Of a stretch of DNA of 64,000 nt, positions 35,351 to 49,147 are shown piece by piece. The position numbers and the translations under genes were made by a program. Positions within the stretch are counted from its first letter, which is position 1. Every line of letters begins with the position of its first letter. The notes beneath the pieces are model-generated. The model was not told the origin of the DNA and made no database searches. It was given only the letters and a program-made list of their open reading frames with translations. The DNA is from Negaprion brevirostris. Lineage: Eukaryota. Location of the stretch: positions 95,652,876 to 95,716,875 of the forward strand of contig JARDVH010000084.1 of the NCBI GenBank assembly GCA_030324005.1. Direction: 5' to 3'.

Positions 35351-37070
35351 TTAATACTCAGGTTGAGATGTGGCATGGGTTAGACAAAGAGTAATTTACG
35401 CTCTACACTGTCCCATCAAGCACCCAGGTACAGTGCAGGTTGGATACAAGCTCCCTCTGCACGATTTATGATGTTGAGACAGATTTAGGAGAAAATGTTT
35501 GTGCCAACAATGTGGTTACATTAGAAATAAAACACAAATCCAATGTCAGAACCCATCTTGAGAATTAAAAGAAGCTTCCTGGTGGAAGATGTTGCATTCC
35601 CAGAAAATCCAGGCTGTGGTTCCAGGTTTACTCTGTAAGTCTAGAGTTAGCATAAAGTATGCGCACACTGTTTTGTGCATCATATCATTTGACCTCGCAT
35701 ACTGACTTCATCCAGACTACCGTGGAAGTGAATGTTGTGTTGCAAGCAGCCTTCAGTATGATGAGAGCGTGGAACTTGCCATCACAGGGAGTGGTAGAGA
35801 TGAATAGTGTAGATCTGTTTAAGGGAAAGTTAGATGAGATGATGAAACTTGAGGGCTATGTTGATAGGGTTGGACGAGGAAGATCTGGAGAAAATTTGAG
35901 TGAAGCATAAATGCTTGAATTGGGCTGAATGGCTGTTTCTGTCCTGTATATTCAATGTAATGTCCCTTAGGAGGGTGTTGGGCAAAGATGGGATTGAACT
36001 CTGGCAGTGCCTTCTTTGGAGATTTTGGTAAGGATACACCATACTAACTGACTTACATCCTTGGGGTGTGGGTGTCACTGGCCATGCCAGTGTCCTAGAT
36101 GACCTGAAGAAGGTGATGGTGTATCTCTTTATGTATCATTGCAGTTCATGTCGTACAGTCAAAGAGTTTTACATCACAGAAAGAGGTCCTTTGGCCCATC
36201 GTGTCTCTGCCAGCCATCAAGCACCTATCTATTCTAATCACATTTTCTAGTACTTGGTGCTTAGTCTTCTTTGCTTTGGCATCTTTGATGCTCATCTAAA
36301 TGCTTCTTAAATTCTGCTTTCACGTCTGCCATCTTTTCAGATTCCCACTACACTCTGGGTGAAAAAGTTTTTCCTTAACTTCCTTCTAAATCTCCTGCCC
36401 CGACCTTAAATCTATACTCCCTAGTTATTGAACTCTGTACTGAGGGAAAAGTTTCTTTCTATTTACCCGATCTAAGTCCCTCATTATTTGGAAGCAAAGG
36501 TGCTCCAGGAAGGAAGTTTGTTTTTTGTATGTGGTCAGTCCATTGCAGTGTCTTGCTAGGCCACTTTGGAAGCAGTTAGATTTCAAACATACTAGAGTCA
36601 CATATGGTTCAGATTGGGTAAGAACTGTAAGTTAATCAATATTAGTGAACCAGTTAAACTTTTTAAACCAACTTTTTATTTGTAGATTGCTTTAAACTAA
36701 TTTCACAGTAGAGGAAATTTGAACATATGTTCTCTGGATTATACGTCCAGCAATAAAACTATTACACACCATATCTGGCCTGTATAGAGTGCTGTGGGAT
36801 CTGCACCCATCCAGACAACTGGGGGGTATTCCATTACACTGTAGGCAACGAGTAGGCTTTGGGAAATCAGACGGTGAGTCACTCATCACACTGACCTGCT
36901 CTATTAGCCACAGCATTTATGTAGCTACTTCAGTTGAGTTGTTGATCACTGCTAATATTCCTTGGATGTTGGTCAGTGAGGGGATTTGGCAGTATTAATG
37001 CCATTAAGTGATAATGGCTTTGAAGGTTTCCTAGCCAGAAAATTGACTGAGTTGGCTGTTTGCTGTTTAC

Positions 37071-37282
37071 CTGTTGATAATGCCTTTGATCTGGTTGTCC
37101 TTCTCCTCCTGCTGCCGGCGCAGACGGGTCTCACTTTCATCCAGGCGTGTCTGGTATTCTCGAAGGATCTTCCCTGTTTGTTCCTCCTGTGACATCAGCC
37201 GCCGCTNNNNNNNNNNGCGGTTAGACATCTGCAGCCGTTCCTTCAGGGAAAGAATCTCCTCCTCATACTGGGTCTGTTGCCC
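37071..37282 (-). CDS. SYNGAP1: SYNGAP1 exon 17 equivalent, coiled coil (contains 10-N gap; 5' boundary ambiguous)
   Basis: [17 protein letters not shown][gap][44 protein letters not shown](R); donor gtaaac. Confidence 0.93.
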
Positions 37283-38303
37283 CTGCGGAAATGGATCACA
37301 GGGGGAATAAATGACACACAACTTGTCACACATGACATGGCGGGGGGTGTTGGTGCTAATGTTGGCACTCACCTTACTAGCATTTGTGATGTGCAAACTG
37401 ATTTGTTTAGGCAGGGAGCTTCCAAGAGCTGCAACTTTCATGGTTTGGCTGTGATCGTTTCTCAGGTGAGTTGGCAGGCTGCACCATGGCAGCACAGCCC
37501 AAGTCTGAATGTGGTTGCTGGGTTCCCCATCAGCCACTGTGACACCTCTTTTATAAGTTGCCATCCATGTTGGAAGGCTGAAGTAATTGACAAGACATGC
37601 AGAACTCTTTTGTTTAGCCATATAAAAATGCTTCCCTTGTAAAATCTGACAAGCATAATAGATTTGGGAGTAGCTTGGCCTAGAAATCAGCTGATGTTGC
37701 CCTTTTTTATTCCTGCGTTAAAGTAAATAATCCAATATGGATGTAGATATAAAAATAGGCATGTGTTAAAACATAACTGAATATTGAGTCAGCAGGTGCA
37801 AGGATGTTTCTCCTGACCCCACACTAATGCTTTGGCCACATTGATCACCTTTTCGGTTCTCTCTGATCACTTCTGGTTTGCCCCCTCCCCAATTCATTTA
37901 GTTGCCTCCTGCTCGCTATCACCCATAGCCTCCCTCAATTTCTTTTCAATTGTTTCACTTTCCTGTTCTTCCCTTCCTGATCCCTTCCTTCTCCATTGTT
38001 CCCATGGATAATCTTGTCCCATCAGTTGCTTCCCTCATCCGATCACCTGCTTTGCCATTGCTCTCCTTGTCCAGTCTCTCCCCTCTCGATCTCCTCCTTG
38101 TTANNNNNNNNNNTCTTGTGTGACTTGCCTAACCTATTGGCGACATAGTGACCCCAAATTCAAGTTGTGAACACCCAGCTCATTGGTCTGATGTTCAGGG
38201 TGGGCCTCAGGAAATTCATGATGGCCTGACAATTAATAGGTCTCCCCAACATTCTAACTTCCCAAAACACAAAATTTCCTTGCCAATACAGACCCATTTT
38301 CAC

Positions 38304-38474
38304 CTTGTCAAGCCTGCTCTCATCCATTGACTTGGAGTATTCCCTTAGTTTGTACTCTTCCCGTTCCAGGTGTGAGCTTTCGATGTCTGCAGAAAGATGA
38401 GTCATGTTGGTCACCCACGCCACAGTGCGCTCTGAAGGGGTGACAGGGTGAAGAGTCGAGGGTGAATGGGAGGC
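38304..38474 (-). CDS. SYNGAP1: SYNGAP1 exon 16 equivalent
   Basis: cctcag|...|gtgaaa, 171 bp; [57 protein letters not shown]. Confidence 0.95.
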
Positions 38475-38867
38475 CTGAGGGACAAAAGCAGATGGCATTG
38501 ATGAAGCATCTTATATCACCTTAAAGGCCAAAATGGACGCTGACATGTTACAGAATGGAGTGGGAGAGACCTGATTCCACAGGAATCTCTGCAGTTTTTC
38601 CCCTTCATGGGGAATTCCATTGAGAGGGAAGGCGGAGGCTTCCTGTCTCCACTGGTAATGCCATGAGAAGAGGCAGGGCTAGCACGATGCAGTCACCCAA
38701 ACAGAAGCTCTGTCCACTTCTCCAGTGGGGGCAATGCTGGGGAATTGCCAAGGTACTGTCCAAGCATGATCCTCTCCTCCCTGTGTGATGCACTCACCTG
38801 AGGTTGTCCCACTGGGTGCATGCTGTGGAAGGTCAATTGTAACTCATGACAATATGGTGAACGAACA

Positions 38868-39160
38868 ATTTGATTTATTATTCTTCCATGTATTGGGATA
38901 CAGTGAAAAGTATTGTTTCTTGCACACTTTACAGGTAAAGCATACCATTGATAGAGTACATAGGGCAGAAGGAAAGGAGTGGATGCAGAATACAGTGTTA
39001 CAGTCATAGCTTGGATGCAACTTAATATAAGGGGAGTCTATTCAAAAGTCTGATGACAGCAGGGAACAGGCTGTTCTTGAGGTGGTTGGTACGTTCTCTC
39101 AGACTTTTGTATCTGTGTTTTTGTATTGTGACGGAAGAAGATGTAAGAGAGAATGTCCGG
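38868..39160 (-). mobile_element. LINE 3' end (Rex1/Babar-like)
   Basis: tttgatttatt tail; gtctgatgacagcagggaacaggctgttcttga (SFFPAVIRL-like on the minus strand). Confidence 0.55.
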
Positions 39161-39439
39161 CAAAAGGACGATCAGGTGTAAAGACTTGATATTTAGATTT
39201 GAATTTATTTTAATGCAGTTCCTGATGTCGGAAAGCCTGTTACATCACTGTTGAGTTGTGGGGACAATTGCAACAGGACGTATAACGTGATGTGGACCTC
39301 TTGTGAGATTTTGCGTTTCCATCACCGTTCATGTCCAAGAAGAATGGAGCACAAAATCCCAGCTTTTAAGTATATCTGTGTGTTGGGACCAGATCCTGGA
39401 TGAGAAAATAAAATGTGGTGAATGTCAGGATTCTGGTGA

Positions 39440-39915
39440 CAGTTGCTGACTACGCCAGCATTTATTGCCCTTCCCTAATTGTCCTTGAGAAGGTGGTGGT
39501 GAGCTGCCTTCTTAAACCACTGCAGTTCCTGGGGTCTAGGTACAACCAGAGTGCTGTTAGGATGGGCATTCCAAGATTTTGACCTAGCTATAATGAAGGA
39601 ACAGCTATATATTTTCAAGGTCAGGATGGTGAATGGTTTGAAGGAGAACTTCCAGATGGTGGTGTTCCCATATGTCTACTACCTTTTTCCTTGTAGATGG
39701 TCGCAGTCGTGGGTTTGGAATGTGCTGTCTTAAGGATGGTAATGATGGTACATAAGGCTACCACTGTGCATCAGTGGTGGAGGAAGTGAATGCTTCTCAA
39801 TGGTATGCCATGAGTCAGGCTGCTTTTGATGTTTAGCTTCTTGATNNNNNNNNNNGCCGATCAGCCTGGCTGTTTTACCTTGGATAGTGTTTAGTTTCTT
39901 GAATGTTGTTGTTAT
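39440..39915 (-). mobile_element. LINE 3' fragment
   Basis: Same family as 6300-6700. Confidence 0.75.
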
Positions 39916-42284
39916 ACTCCGAAGGGCAAGAAGATCCAGATTTGAGATCATTTCCAACACTACAAATGGGTGGTGAGAATTTTTTTTTAACATGAGGCCT
40001 GACCTGGAATACACTGTCTGAAAGGATGGTGAAAAGAGGTTTAGTAGTAACTTTCAAAAGGAATTGCAGAATTAGGGAAAAGTGTTCAGGCTCACTGGGT
40101 ACACACTCACCTCTGAGCAACAAACTTCTGGATTTAAGTTCTACTCCAAAGCCACCATAAAAATCTGGCTAACCTTCCACTGCAGTATTGAGGGATTGCT
40201 GCACCAACAATATTGCTGTCTTTTGGATGAGACATTAAACTGAGGCCCCATCTCCTTGCTTGAGTGGATAGAAAAGATCCCATGTCACTAAAGGAAGAAC
40301 AGTAGGTGACTGATCCCTGGTGACCTGACTTGACACTTCAAAATACTGGCTGTAAAATGCTTTGCGAATTCTGGTGGTTATGAAAAGCACATAATAGAGA
40401 TGTCATTTTTCTTTCAAAGGAGCAGGCTGTGGCACCAAGAAAATACCTCTTTCAAAGGACATTATGGACAGGATTTGCTAAATGCCTGCCTTCTGCAATG
40501 CAAGATTCCACACCCTGCAGGGCCATGATTCTGGTGGTGATGCTGCTGATAGCCTTGCAATCTTCAAACTGTGGACCTCCCATTGGACTACTTGTGTAGC
40601 TCAGAGGTTTCATCACGGCAGAAGAATCACAGCCACAATACACAACAATTTAGTTGCTGACTTTGGCTTCAAGCTAGCTGGAGGTCTTCATTCAAACATG
40701 TGTGATACGTAAAGTGAGAATTCTGACAGATGATAGACTGAAACCAGAACATTTTGTGCTAAGTAAAATTTCCATTACTTTCCACCCATTAAAACAGGTT
40801 GCTGACTGACATGGTGAGTGCTAAATTGCCCCTGTAGTCTCAACTAGGAGCTGAACTGCCTCTTCTCAGCTGGGCTGACCATTATGCCACACCAAAGGAA
40901 GGCAAGTGATACAAGCCATAGCCATTGAAATGAGTCCAGGAGACAACAATCATCTAGGCAGTGCAGAGAGGAATTGCCAGGTTTCTTGACTCTCCTGGAG
41001 GCTCTGTGGTTCGTGCCAGGTTGGGAGTGCCCTTGCCTGCTGGAAGATCAAGGGGTAATCTGATTGAGCTNNNNNNNNNNNNNNNNNNNNNNNNNNNNNN
41101 NNNNNNNNNNNNNNNNNNNNNNNNNNNNNNNNNNNNNNNNNNNNNNNNNNNNNNNNNNNNNNNNNNNNNNNNNNNNNNNNNNNNNNNNNNNNNNNNNNNN
41201 NNNNNNNNNNNNNNNNNNNNNNNNNNNNNNNNNNNNNNNNNNNNNNNNNNNNNNNNNNNNNNNNNNNNNNNNNNNNNNNNNNNNNNNNNNNNNNNNNNNN
41301 NNNNNNNNNNNNNNNNNNNNNNNNNNNNNNNNNNNNNNNNNNNNNNNNNNNNNNNNNNNNNNNNNNNNNNNNNNNNNNNNNNNNNNNNNNNNNNNNNNNN
41401 NNNNNNNNNNNNNNNNNNNNNNNNNNNNNNNNNNNNNNNNNNNNNNNNNNNNNNNNNNNNNNNNNNNNNNNNNNNNNNNNNNNNNNNNNNNNNNNNNNNN
41501 NNNNNNNNNNNNNNNNNNNNNNNNNNNNNNNNNNNNNNNNNNNNNNNNNNNNNNNNNNNNNNNNNNNNNNNNNNNNNNNNNNNNNNNNNNNNNNNNNNNN
41601 NNNGAGGGTCATTGCTTTTTTCTTAATTGGTCGGCACAACATCGAGGGCCGAAGGGCCTGTTCTGCGCTGTAATGTTCTATGTTCTATAACAGTGTGGGA
41701 TGCTTAGGGTGGGCCAGCCACTGTCTGCCTGTCCAATATTTTTTGTTTGTTAGAAGGGTGAAGTGTCAGCTGGAAACATCACATTTAAAAGTGGGAAAAG
41801 CTTGAGTTTGTATTGCGCCCATCACAACTCCAGGACATCCCAAATAACTTCTTAGCTAATTTAATACTTCTGAGATGTAGTCACTATTGTAAACAACATG
41901 TAAACCACATTGCACATGGCAAGCTCTCACGATTAGCAATGAGATAATGATCCGATAATCTGCTGCTTTTAATGATGTTACTTTGTCAGGATACCATGGG
42001 GAACCTCCCTGCTTTTCTTGAAAGTAGTGTCATGAGATTTTTTGCATCCATCCAAGAGGGCAAATGGAGATTCTAGTCAGTGTCTGGCTCAAGAGATGGC
42101 ACCTTGTACAGTGCAGCACACTCTCACTGTATTAGCCTAAAATGTCTGTTCAAGTTGGAGTAGAACTTGAATGCACAACTTTTTGACTAAGTTGAGAAGG
42201 CTATCTGCTGAGCAATAAGTGATGACAGCCAGAACATTGTTTTCAGATAAATAATATTGGGGATTGATCCCCTGGAAAGCCTAC

Positions 42285-43140
42285 CTGCTTGGTGATGCCT
42301 GATTTTGCAGCCGGAGCATCTGTTTTGGCCATGATTGACTGCTGGCGCACCTTGGGACCGTGTGTTGGCTCGGCAGGCGACTGCAACAAGTTGGCACTAG
42401 GAGGTCGAGGTCGCTGGGCCGCGCTGACCGTCAGCTGCTGTGTTTTTCCTCGGACAAGAGGTGGAGGAGCAGGCGGCGGCTGGTCTATCCTCCTCTGGGG
42501 ACCGATGTTGGCCGGGGGTGCTGACAGCATGTGTTGAAGGTTGTCGGTCAGTGACAGCTGCCTGCGGCTAAACTCGCTGTTCTGCCGGGCGAACTCATCA
42601 CTGTAGCTATGACTATGGAAGATCTGCTTGTTGGCAGAAAGATCCTCACTCTTGCTGTAACCATGGTAACCCAAGAGGCCAGCACCAGGCTCGGCGGGAG
42701 TCCGTAATGAGGCAGGCCCATCTGAGGTCATGTTGAATAAGGGGTTCTGAAAGGACAAGGGGACTCGCAACTGCCCATGCAATCCATCCGTGGTGATACC
42801 CATTTGTCCTAACCGCAGACCTCCTGACACGCTTGACCCACTCCCCTGTGACAGTCGGCTAGGCCTGAGGCCTACTGTAGTTCCAATCGAGGCCTGACTG
42901 CTATTTAGCATGTCCCCAACAGTCTGGAGGTTACTTATGCTGTTCATACTCCGGCTGTCCTGCAGGTCCATCATGGAGATACTCTTGTTCGTGGTCATCA
43001 TTTTGGGGTCAGGTTCTGTGATATCAGAGCTGCTTGTGCAATATGCCGGGGAGGAACGTGCAAGTGGAGGCCTTGTCACATAAAAGACATCCTTTCCCTT
43101 TTCCTTGGTCGGAGAAGGTAGCCTGGTCATATCGATTGAG
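42285..43140 (-). CDS. SYNGAP1: SYNGAP1 exon 15 equivalent (large disordered-region exon)
   Basis: ttacag|...|gtaggc, 856 bp; [14 protein letters not shown]...[21 protein letters not shown]...LSFQNPLF...RRQLSL...RQQS...GITKQ; motifs are SYNGAP1-specific rather than DAB2IP/RASAL2. Confidence 0.97.
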
Positions 43141-43332
43141 CTGTAATTGAAGGAGAATGGTAGCACTAAATTATAAAGGAATAGGAAAACTTGTGTTCTA
43201 TTTTTCCTGCATTTCTCTGTCTAAGGAACTCAAACCTGTGGAAAAATCAAGTACTCCTCTGTCATCTTACACTCCATCCTTACCCAATGTCCTGTTGCTT
43301 ACATCCTAACATACAAGAAGAGCTGGCCTCTT

Positions 43333-43662
43333 GGGGCGGCACAGTGGTTAGCACTGCTGCTTCACAGCTCCAGGGAGCCAGGTTCAATTCCCGGCTAAGG
43401 TCACTGTCTGTGTGGAGTTTGCACGTTCTCCCCATGTCTGTGTGGCTTTTTCTGGGTGCTCCGGTTTTCCTCCCACTGTCCAAAGACGTGCGCGTTAGGT
43501 GCATTGACCATAGTAAATTGCCCCTTAGTGTCCTGGGATGTGTAGTTTAGAAGGATTAGCGGGATAAATATATGGAGGTTCAGGGAGAGGGCCTATATGG
43601 GACTGTTGTCAGTGCAGGCTCGATGGGCCTTTTTCTGCACTGTAGGGTTTCTGTGATTCTAT
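43333..43662 (+). mobile_element. Near full-length HE1/V-SINE
   Basis: gggcggcacagtggttagcactgctgc (A box), ggttcaattcc (B box), V domain, LINE-derived tail. Confidence 0.92.
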
Positions 43663-45569
43663 GGAGTTCTCTCAGCCATCATGTCCTGTGCTTGCTGGAC
43701 CTACTTTGACTTCTATTCCAGCAATCTCTTAATTCAGAATTCCCATTCATGTGTTCCATGCGTAGTCTCACCTCTTCCCATCTTTTAATTTTCTTCAGTT
43801 CTCCAAGAATTGACTTAGTCCAAACAATCTTTAATTTACCATTGGTAACTATGCCTTCTAATCTGCTACACTTTTGAATATCCCATGAAACCTCACTACC
43901 CCTCTCACCTCCTTTAAGACTTTATCTCTTTTGACCAAGCTTTTGATTATGTGCCCTAATGTCTCCAGAAGGATGACCCTTCTGTGAAGTATCTTGGGAT
44001 GTGGAATGTCCTATCCTACCAAGTCAGTGCTTACTTGTATTGCCTGCCAGGGAACCCACCATGACGGCTGTCTTCAGTAGACTGCAACGTCTCGACGGCA
44101 GGAAGGGCTGGAAAATGCTACTGTGTGTTTATATCAAAAATGATATATTTATTGAAAAGGCTGAAATCACCATATAAGTTTCAAAAGGCTGAACAACAGC
44201 ATTTTAACAGTAGCATTTAGACTGGCAGAACTTCCACACAACGGTACCCTACAAATAATCAGCAAGGTGACCAGGTTGTCAAGAAGTAGTCACCTGGAGA
44301 CAATCAATTAAAGATGAGTTTGAACATCGCTTGAACTATTCACAGGACATTCATGTATATTCAGCTTAGACTCAGTTACTTTGGACAGTGGCTGAGAAGG
44401 GAATTCCATTGGCCATAATCCAATAATTTTTAAACAATGGATCTGGAATCAGATTTCTGTGATCATGTTTGGGTAACTGGAAGGTTTGTGAGGAGACACC
44501 ATGTGATGAGCAAGTTAAACCTAATTTCCGTTTTTAAGAAACTGCTTCCTTCCCAGCTGGTTGGAATCAGAGCAGAAAGATCCAAAGTTGGCCCTCTCTC
44601 TAGCCATCTTGAAAGCTTGTGCCCTCCCTGTTTTCCAACCAACTACATTCTACAAGCAGCAACTTAAATTTTAACCCAGTAGCTGCTGACTCCAGAAGAA
44701 AAGACAGAAATTATCCATCAACATATTTCAATTGTTGCAGAATCCAAAAGATAATTGAACCCAGTCTCAAGCTTTCCAAGTCATTAATCTGCTGGATCTA
44801 TATATAATTGACATCATTGGGCAGTTACTTAAACAGTTACTACCCTCCCACATTGTAACTTAAGTGCATTTCTGTTTGTGCAAACGGTTGAGTGCAGGTG
44901 AGTAAGAGAATTGGAGCGTTTTTTATTATTTTTGTTTAGACTGGTTTTAAGTATAAGAAATACTAATTCCTTTTCTTTTAAAACATATAAGACCTGTCTG
45001 TGTGGGCACTTAAATAGTTAAAGACTCACTGAATTGGCAGTTGGATTCTTTAAAAAAAACACTTTTTTTGCAGTAAGTTGAGAGCTATTTTACCATTTCT
45101 TGTATGATTGTAAGAAATGTTTTAAAGATTAATGTTAAAGATGCTATAAAAATGCAAGTTGTTGCTGTTGATATTGTTTCTATTTGCAACGTACTGCTTT
45201 GTAAAACTAAACCTGTAGTCTCAACTGACCTCAGTTTCCTTGCTAATTTTTTAAAAGCCTGATCCATGTCCTGCAGTATTGACTTTAAACATTTCACCTG
45301 AGCTGTTCAGCAAGAAATAGAAGGATTGATTCATTACCAGAAATGATAAACGTTTCTTTGAGAATAAGATTCAAATGTCATAACCATGGCTGCATCTTTG
45401 AGATACCTATAAAAGATGCAAACTTACCTTCCCCTATTTTAGCGCTCCCAATGTAAATGTCGTCAGTTTCAAAAAGCCACAAATGTAATTTGTTACATCT
45501 AATTGGCAATGCAACTTGGCTGTGCTGCAAGGGTATTTTACAACACTGCAGTAGATATTCTAGATAAGG

Positions 45570-46683
45570 GTGAAATATGGGGTGATGTATTTGGACTTTG
45601 GAAAGTTTTTGATGAAGTTCCAAGAAAGAAATTAGTGTGCAAAATTCAAGGACGTGGAATTGAGGGTAATGTATTGGCATGAATTGAGAATTGGTTAGCA
45701 GACAAGATAGAGAGTGGGAATAAATGTTTTTTATTCCGAAGTGGCAGGCAGTGACTAGTGGGGTCCCACAGGGCTCAGTGCTTGGGCCCCAACTGTTTAC
45801 CATTCATATGATTTGGATGAGGGAACCAGGAGTAATATTTCAAGGTGTGTAGATGGCTTAAAATGTGGTGGGAATGTGAGTTGTGAGGAGGATGTTAAGA
45901 GGCTTCAAAATAATTTAGACAAGTTTGAATGAGTAGGCAAATACATGGCAGGTGCAGTATAACGTGGATTAATGTGCAGTGAACTAGAGAAGGAAAAACA
46001 GAATGGCAAAGTATATAAATGATGATAGATTGGAAAATGTTCACATACAAAGGGACCTGGCTGTTCTGGTACACCAGTCACTGAGAGCAAGTATGTTTCA
46101 AACGCAAATGAGTTAAGGAGCAAGGATGTTTTACTGTGACTGTACAGGATCTTTGTGAGACCATACTCAGATAATTGTGTGGTCTCCTTATCTAAGAAAG
46201 GATATATTTGCAAGAAAGAAAGTGCAACAAAGGCTTCCCAGACTGATTACTGGAATGGCAGGATTGTCATATGAGGAAACATTGTGTCGAATGGCCTGTA
46301 TTCATTGCAGTTTAGAAGAATGAGAGGGGATCGGTTTGAAATGTGCTGAGCTGAGTGGATGCAGGAAGGTTGTTTCCTCTGGCTGGAGGCTGAAGAATAA
46401 GAGATCACTGTCTTAGGATACAGGGTAGGCCATTTAAGATGAGATGGGAAACTTCATTTACAGGATGGTGAATTTGGAATTCTCTATTACAAAAGGCTGG
46501 GAGATCAACTCACTGAGTATATTTATGAATGAAATAGATATCTAGACTCTCATGGTTTTACAGAGTATGGAAAGAGCGCTGGAGAATGGTGTTGAGAAAG
46601 AGGATTAGCTATGATCATGTTGAATGGCTGAGCACGCTCAAAAGGCCCAATTGCATACATTGCTCCTATTTTCAATGTTTCTA
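45570..46683 (+). mobile_element. Decayed CR1 LINE (RT to 3' end)
   Basis: YLDF..VTSGVPQGSVLGP motif sequences and CR1 tail. Confidence 0.9.
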
Positions 46684-46850
46684 ACCCGTGCTGTACTTGC
46701 CAGGGAGTGTTTGATGGAGATAGTATAGAGGGAGCTTTACTCTGTATCTAACCCCATGCTGTACCTGTCCTGGGCGTGTTTGATGGAGATAGTGTAGAGA
46801 GAGCTTTACTCTGTATCTAACGTGTGCTGTACCTATCCTGGGAGTGTTTG
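46684..46850 (-). repeat. ~68-bp repeat, 2-3 units, immediately downstream of exon 13
   Basis: Reverse complement of the 26570-27250 unit. Confidence 0.85.
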
Positions 46851-46874
46851 CATGTCAAATTTGGGCCACCTCAC

Positions 46875-47056
46875 CTGTTCAGATCTTTAACAGTGTACTT
46901 CTGAAGATCAGATGAAATGCCTCTGTTGATGCTGGGCCCAGAAGTATAACGTTCCGCTATGTGGCTCGATTGTCGTTGTACATGCGATGGGTTTCTCAGT
47001 GCTGCGCTAATGTCATTGAGAAGGCGGGGGAGGGGACCCAGTTTCAGCACAGCTTC
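46875..47056 (-). CDS. SYNGAP1: SYNGAP1 exon 13 equivalent
   Basis: ttccag|...|gtgagg, 182 bp; EAVLKLGPLPRLLNDISAALRNPSHVQRQSSHIAERYTSGPSINRGISSDLQKYTVKDLN(S). Confidence 0.95.
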
Positions 47057-49147
47057 CTGGAAAGGCATAGGAAAGATATTTTTACCTAGGGATAACCACA
47101 TCCTCCAATTCACAATTGTTTTCAGTGTTTAAAACTCCTCTCAGTGTAGTTACAGTGAAATGATGAAACCCAATGAATCCATTCACTTGACATATATAGC
47201 AAAGGACCCAAGCATTTGACTTTCCTCCACATATGAAAATCCCAATGGACCCAAAAGCTTCCCATTCACTCCACAGAATCCAGTTGACAAAATAATTCTT
47301 CAATTTACAATAGAACTACAAATTCCCTAGTTGCAGTGCAGGATCCCAGTTGACTGAGCACTTCTTATCATACATCATTTACTACTACATCCAACCATGT
47401 CCCTCCCATTCACTCCTACCAGGCAGAATCCTAATGCCTCTGACTCCATCTAACCACTACATATTGAATGATATTGGGTCCAAATACTTCCCACCACAGA
47501 ATCCAAAGGATTGAGCTAGTACGTCCCCAGGAAAAAGATCACAATAAATCCAATTGCACACTCTTCATCCTCCATAAATAATGATAATGGACACAAAAAC
47601 TAGTATTCACTTTCTATACTTCAAATGCCAATGGATTGCAACACCTCTGAAATCACATAGGAGTACCCAAAGGAACTAACCAACTTCTTGCTGACCTCAT
47701 CAGGCTCCACTTATTCATATGTTTGTGCTGATGCTGGCTGAGCAACTTTGTTTTTTAATGCTTGCATGGCATAAATGAAGATAGCAATGCATGTACTCAA
47801 TAACATTTCAACTTTTTTGCTTGAGCTTCTCTGCAGCTTCTGTCACTTTCTTCTCTCAATCTGTAAGAATATTCTGAAGCAATTCTGTTTTAGGCCGGTG
47901 GCATGGAACTCGTGTTGCCTCTTAACAACTGTTTCCCCTAAGATTTCTTTGAAATGGAGACCTGTGCTTCAGAAATATTCCACACAGCCAGTTCTGCCTG
48001 TTTGCATGTCTTGGAAATCAGAAACAATTAGGAGGCTTTTCATCTTTACAAAGCTTCATATTTTCATGCTTGTATTACTACCAAATTACAACTAGTTTTC
48101 AAGCTTGCTAACTATTTAGTAAACATGTTCATTTAATTGACAAAATTATTAGCCTTTACACTTGGATTCAAGTGCATTTGTTGCGCTATTTGTATCGAAC
48201 TTGTCTTTGTGTGTTGGGTGAGGGTTACATTTTTCCATGACATTTTAAATCTGTTGTGAGATGGGCACAAACAGAACATATTACCAAATTGAATTAGGCA
48301 AATAACTTTTCCAACCAACATTTGGTTGCGTCCTTGATGAGACAGATTGATGGGTGCAAAAACAGCAATTGCTGACTTGTTAGTGGCAACAAAATACAGT
48401 AAATAATATAGATAAAATACAGTAAATAATACTTTTGCAACGACAGGAATTATAGTGCACCAAACATTAAAGGTCTTTTTGTCTGAGTCTGGCAATATGA
48501 GGGATAATATTCCACCTTGGCACTGCTGACTGAATTTTAGCTCTGCTGTGTATAGTTTCCAAGTCATTCAAATTGATGTTTGAGAAATCACAGGCAACCT
48601 ATGCCCATATTCTAATGGGTGAGATTTCTCAATGGAAGCGTGAAGTTGAAAAATTACTTGAATTTAAAATCATTTGTTATGCGAATTATCAAACTCATCT
48701 TTGCTTATCAGGTGAGGGTTACATTTTCCATTTTTAAAATCTGATAGTATTTCTGTCTTCCAAAAAATTAAAATAGCTTCTTCAAAATACTACAGCTCAT
48801 ATTTACAAGAATTTAGGCCACTTTAAAATAACCTATAAGATGATTTGAAATATAATGCAAAAATATTTTTGCTTGTTTGTGGAGATGTAGTTGTTTACTT
48901 AAGAATTCAATAATCTTTACAAGTTATCCTTTCTGGCAACATTTCTTGAGTCTGTTCTCTGCATCATGATCATTGAACAGGATTTCAAAGCGGGGTCAGG
49001 TACCCAATGCTTAGATAAATTCTATGTCCCAATTCCACACACATGCANNNNNNNNNNNNNNNNNNNNNNNNNNNNNNNNNNNNNNNNNNNNNNNNNNNNN
49101 NNNNNNNNNNNNNNNNNNNNNNNNNNNNNNNNNNNNNNNNNNNNNNN

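Noticed and set aside
40950-41690. Long ORFs in the track (also at 22245-22905 and 55805-56410)
   Set aside because: Composed mostly of N runs
43333-43400. tRNA-like A/B boxes
   Set aside because: SINE heads, not tRNA genes
44035-44107. ttccag|73 nt|gtaagc as a candidate exon 14 or poison exon
   Set aside because: Not frame-preserving, no similarity to exon 14, and looks like a repeat fragment; no independent support
45229-45320. Pyrimidine tract plus aacag acceptor in intron 13
   Set aside because: In-phase reading stops after 17 codons with no recognisable homology
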